A DNA stretch of 64,000 nucleotides, taken from the NCBI GenBank assembly GCA_002269645.1, contig NIVC01000984.1:1-64000 (forward strand), read 5' to 3'. The position numbers were made by a program, and so were the translations under genes. The notes under the pieces were generated by a model. That model did not search any database. It saw only the letters and a list, made by a program, of their open reading frames with translations, and was not told the origin of the DNA. Origin of the DNA: Macrostomum lignano (lineage: Eukaryota). Below, piece by piece: positions 60,715 to 64,000 of this stretch (the stretch's first letter is position 1; each line of letters starts with the position of its first letter).

Positions 60715-61400
60715 ATGATGGTGCGCCGTGGCGCAAGCCATTTGAAGAGAAGCCGTGACGCAAAGAAAAGACGACTGGCCGAGTCTGCTGGAGAGCGCGA
60801 TGCCCGTCTGGAAGAGCAGCGGCGGCGAGACGCCGAGCGCCGCGCTGTTGAAGACGAGGCTGAGCGGTTTGCCCGTCTGGAGGAACAGCGGCAGAGACAG
60901 GCTGACGAGGCTGAGCGGTTTGCCCGTCTGGAGGAACAGCGGCAGAGACAGGCTGAATGTCGCGTTGCTGAAGACGAGGCTGAGCGGATTGCCCGTCTGG
61001 AGGAACAGCGGCAGAGACAGGCTGAGTGTCGCGTTGCTGAATACGAGGCTGAGCGGATTGCCCGTCTGGAGGAACAGCGGCAGAGACAGGCTTTGTTTCG
61101 CGCTGCTGAAGACGAGGCTGAGCGGATTGCCCGTCTGGAGGAACAGCGGCAGAGACAGGCTTTGTTTCGCGCTGCTGAAGACGAGGCTGAGCGGATTGCC
61201 CGTCTGGAGGAACAGCGGCAGAGACAGGCTTTGTTTCGCGCTGCTGAAGACGAGGCTGAGCGGATTGCCCGTCTGGAGGAACAGCGGCAGAGACAGGCTG
61301 AGTTTCGCGCTGCTGAGGACGAGGCTGAGCGGATTACCCGTCTGGAAGAGCAGCGGCAGAGACAGGCTGATTGTCGGCGCGGTGAATCTGTCACCAGGTT
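60715..61400 (+). CDS. Charged helical repeat region (60-bp units, EDEAERIARLEEQRQRQA), like the N-terminal repeats of Helitron Rep-helicase proteins
   Basis: About nine RLEEQR units in frame with no stops; the unit length is a multiple of 3. Confidence 0.6.
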
Positions 61401-61414
61401 ACCTTGTAAGTGTG

Positions 61415-62319
61415 TTCGGAACAAATTTGAGAACACACCATTACTTGTGCAAAAATGCTACGGCCGTGCGCGTATCTGGTGGTTGGTTGAAAGCCTCAAA
61501 TTCTATGTACAACTCAACCGACAACGAGCTCGAAATGACTCTGTCAGTGGATAAAGATGGAGTCCTTGTTGCTAGCAACGAAATTGTCCAGCAGCGCAAA
61601 GCCCAGTACACAAAAATTGGCGTTCTCTCAACCTTTACACTGAGAAAGTAAGTTAAAGTCGTACTCGTACCATTCATTCTAAGCAACATTCGTTTTGGAT
61701 GTGATTAACAATTAATGGCAAAATTCTTCAATGGTCATGTAGGAAGGTTGACATTCGAGGCGTCATTTCCAGTACTATGGCGCAAAGGGAAATCCAAACA
61801 AAACGAGGAACTACCACTAACTTGGCCAAGGTGACACTGGTCGATGACTCGGCATCGTCTGTCTCCTGCACATTCTGGGCCGACAGTGCAAGTCTGGTGA
61901 ATCACTGGACTGTGGGCGACACCCTAGAGGTTCAAGGAGCCCAAGTGCAAGAATATGGCAATGATATTTCGCCAAATTGTACCAGGGCCAATGTTCGCCA
62001 ATATCCTGCCAATGACTCTGACTTGACGGAGTGGTTTGAAAGGGCTCAGTCGAGTCAGCAAATCTTTGAGCCAGTCCAAAAGACCCAATCGACTGCGAGA
62101 CCGCCTGATAACCAGGAAGTTCGGAGGGACACATTTGTGTTCCAGTGCTCTCCTGAAATGTTCGCATCATTCCGCAATGTACAAATAATGCAAGTACGCT
62201 GCGGAGACGACGAAATTATTTTTTCGCGAGACAAACGCGGAGGCGACGTGTCACTGGGCCAAATGGAGTCTACTCCAATCGCTGGACCGTCGCATTCTAC
62301 TATCAATGAGGACGATTAA
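61415..62319 (+). CDS. RPA70-like ssDNA-binding OB-fold fragment (DBD-A C-half plus DBD-B); intron 61648-61742
   Basis: NKFENTPLLVQKCY/RVSGGWLKASNSMYNSTDNELEMTL, donor AGA AA|GTAAGT, acceptor catgtag|G AAG, then KVDIRGVI...KVTLVDDSASSVSCTFWAD...VQGAQVQEY. Confidence 0.7.
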
Positions 62320-62931
62320 AAAGAATTGTCATTGATAAAGCAACACAGTCAATCTCTGGTGTTGGGTGTTGCAGCTGCTAAGTTTAATAACAATAAAGTG
62401 CACACTGTCAATCTCCGGGGTTGGGTGTTGCAGAAGCAGCAATGTTATTCTGATAATAATTCTGATTGATTGTTGATACTAAAAAAAATAATACAATAAA
62501 CGCTGTATGCATCTGATTCAGTAAAAAATAAGAGAATAATACAAAAAAAAACTATTGTTTTCAAATAAATAATATAATCAATTCATTGCTCTGAACCTGA
62601 GCATCTCCCCGGAGGGGGGCTAAAATTGCTATAATTGTCTATAGCCAACATTCTCCTTCTTACTTTTCGATCCTCTATTCTGTAATGGAGATAGCTTGAG
62701 TTCTTTCTTTCTGTGGTGTATTGTAGTGGAATAAAATATTAATGACTAAATGAATGAGACCTATGAATAAGAATGAATATAAAAATTGATTTATGAATAT
62801 TCATATTGAATTATTGAGATTTTGAATTATAGATACGGTGAATAAGAGAGATTATTATGAATATTAGTTAATCAATTGCGATAAATAACTGTACTAAATA
62901 CTCTCCCCGAAGGGGGGTCAACTATTGCTAG

Positions 62932-63130
62932 TCTAATATACTAAAGCTCGATTTGTGTGTTTGTTTGTTCATAGTGCATTTAAAAGCGAACCGTTTGGTC
63001 ATTTTTTCCGCAAATTGGTTCGTTCGATTGCAAAACCAAAGTATACCTGTGAAAATGGCCATGAATGTATTATTCTAGCAGTGAGAGCAAATTTATAGTC
63101 TGTGGCTAATAATGAAGCTGGTGTTTTTAG
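62932..63130 (+). mobile_element. 5' end of a second, related Helitron (3' extent not determined)
   Basis: TCTAATATACTAAAG..tgtttgtttg start; atgtatt..gcagtgagagc block homologous to 60549-60572. Confidence 0.65.
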
Positions 63131-63824
63131 GTGACGTGCTTCGTTCTACAACTTTTTCCATTCTATTTTGGCAAACGTGCAATCAAAGTCAAAATCTTTT
63201 CATTCAATTCAGACAGTTTATGTTAGTTCTTGGCCGGACGTGCATTCAATTCCGACAAATGTGCTTTCAAAAGCGACAATTTTCAAACAAAGCAAACAAG
63301 CTACACGAGAAACCGAGACTTTGCAATCAATTCCGACAGTTGGCTATGAATTGGCTTTTTCTGTCCTCCTATCTATGGCTCATACTGCGAAATTTCCAAT
63401 CAATTCCGACAAAGTTCTATCTATTGCTATCTATGTCTATGGTAGGGAGAGAAATTGATTTCTTTTTTGACATGCAATTTTGCACTTTGCACCCTGCTTT
63501 TGACAAGCTGTAAATTTTAATCTCTAAGATAAAAAAAATTCAATGCATAACAGAATCACAAAAAACATTCAGGAATAAAACGACAACATAGCCAATTTTA
63601 TTCGACCTCTGGATACCGAGATGTTTTGCGAATATTTGCTAATTAATAGTGAACTAATCTAGTAGTTAAAAACCAGAAAGTGCCTGTTTATTGTTGACAA
63701 TAATTCAGTACCAATCGCACCGAATGGGCTTGAGAAATGCAAGGACTCTTATAATTCGTATATTTGAGCTTAATTATTCACAATATGTACAAACCCGGTG
63801 ACATTAAGCAAAGTTTTAAAAGAA

Positions 63825-63998
63825 CTACAGGTACTTTTGACCGCCATGACTGAACCTGCTGGCCATGCCGGCCTGCGACTTGGCCACAATGCTCTGCTTC
63901 ACCTTCGAGTCCAGGCCTTTGACAACCATGTCCGTGTCCCGGTTGAACGGCACCCGGCTAGGGCCGGACGAACTGTCCGAAGACGACGAGGACGACTT
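63825..63998 (-). CDS. GPALPP1: 3' end of a GPALPP1 (DUF3752)-like gene, partial
   Basis: ...RVPFNRDTDMVVKGLDSKVKQSIVAKSQAGMASRFSHGGQKYL* resembles the GPALPP1 C-terminus (PFDRDKDL...TRFSHG..FL). Confidence 0.6.
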   Translation of the reverse strand, partial: KSSSSSSDSSSGPSRVPFNRDTDMVVKGLDSKVKQSIVAKSQAGMASRFSHGGQKYL

Positions 63999-64000
63999 TC

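Larger units (their letters stand above)
60351..62931 (+). mobile_element. Internally deleted Helitron derivative (~2.6 kb)
   Basis: 5' end (a)ctatatactaaag..(gttt)n; charged repeat ORF and RPA70-like gene inside; 3' hairpin ctccccgaaggggg followed by CTAG|T at 62928-62932. Confidence 0.75.

Noticed and set aside
63640-63665. CTAG at ~63659 as the 3' end of the second Helitron
   Set aside because: There is no convincing GC-rich hairpin upstream.

Overview
Intron-containing, satellite-rich metazoan genomic DNA. The short GT-AG introns stuffed with private minisatellites resemble the free-living flatworm Macrostomum, but this is inference and was not verified. Genes reconstructed by hand from splice sites and codon phase: (1) a multi-exon LRRK/Roco kinase gene (ANK-LRR-Roc-COR, minus strand, 15279 to the left edge); (2) an intronless, strongly diverged Rpt3/PSMC4-like proteasome AAA ATPase (32960-34255, +); (3) a CFAP119/CLAMP-family-like gene (-); (4) an NK3/bagpipe (Nkx3-2) homeobox gene (-); (5) three closely spaced minus-strand genes: a 540-aa orphan, a small CAAC thioredoxin-like protein and a Sec14/CRAL-TRIO protein; (6) the 3' end of a GPALPP1-like gene at the right edge. 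Mobile DNA includes two Penelope-like fragments that each carry a minimal hammerhead ribozyme, non-LTR RT fragments, mariner, Tc1/IS630 and hAT remnants, several MITEs, two tRNA-derived SINE families, and a Helitron derivative carrying a spliced RPA70-like OB-fold gene and joined head-to-tail to a second Helitron 5' end. The largest structure is a ~12.5-kb inverted duplication (18.5-31.1 kb) whose arms differ by an arm-specific Penelope insertion. Several genes have single small indels that may be long-read consensus errors. Most long low-complexity ORFs in the ORF track are translations of tandem repeats.
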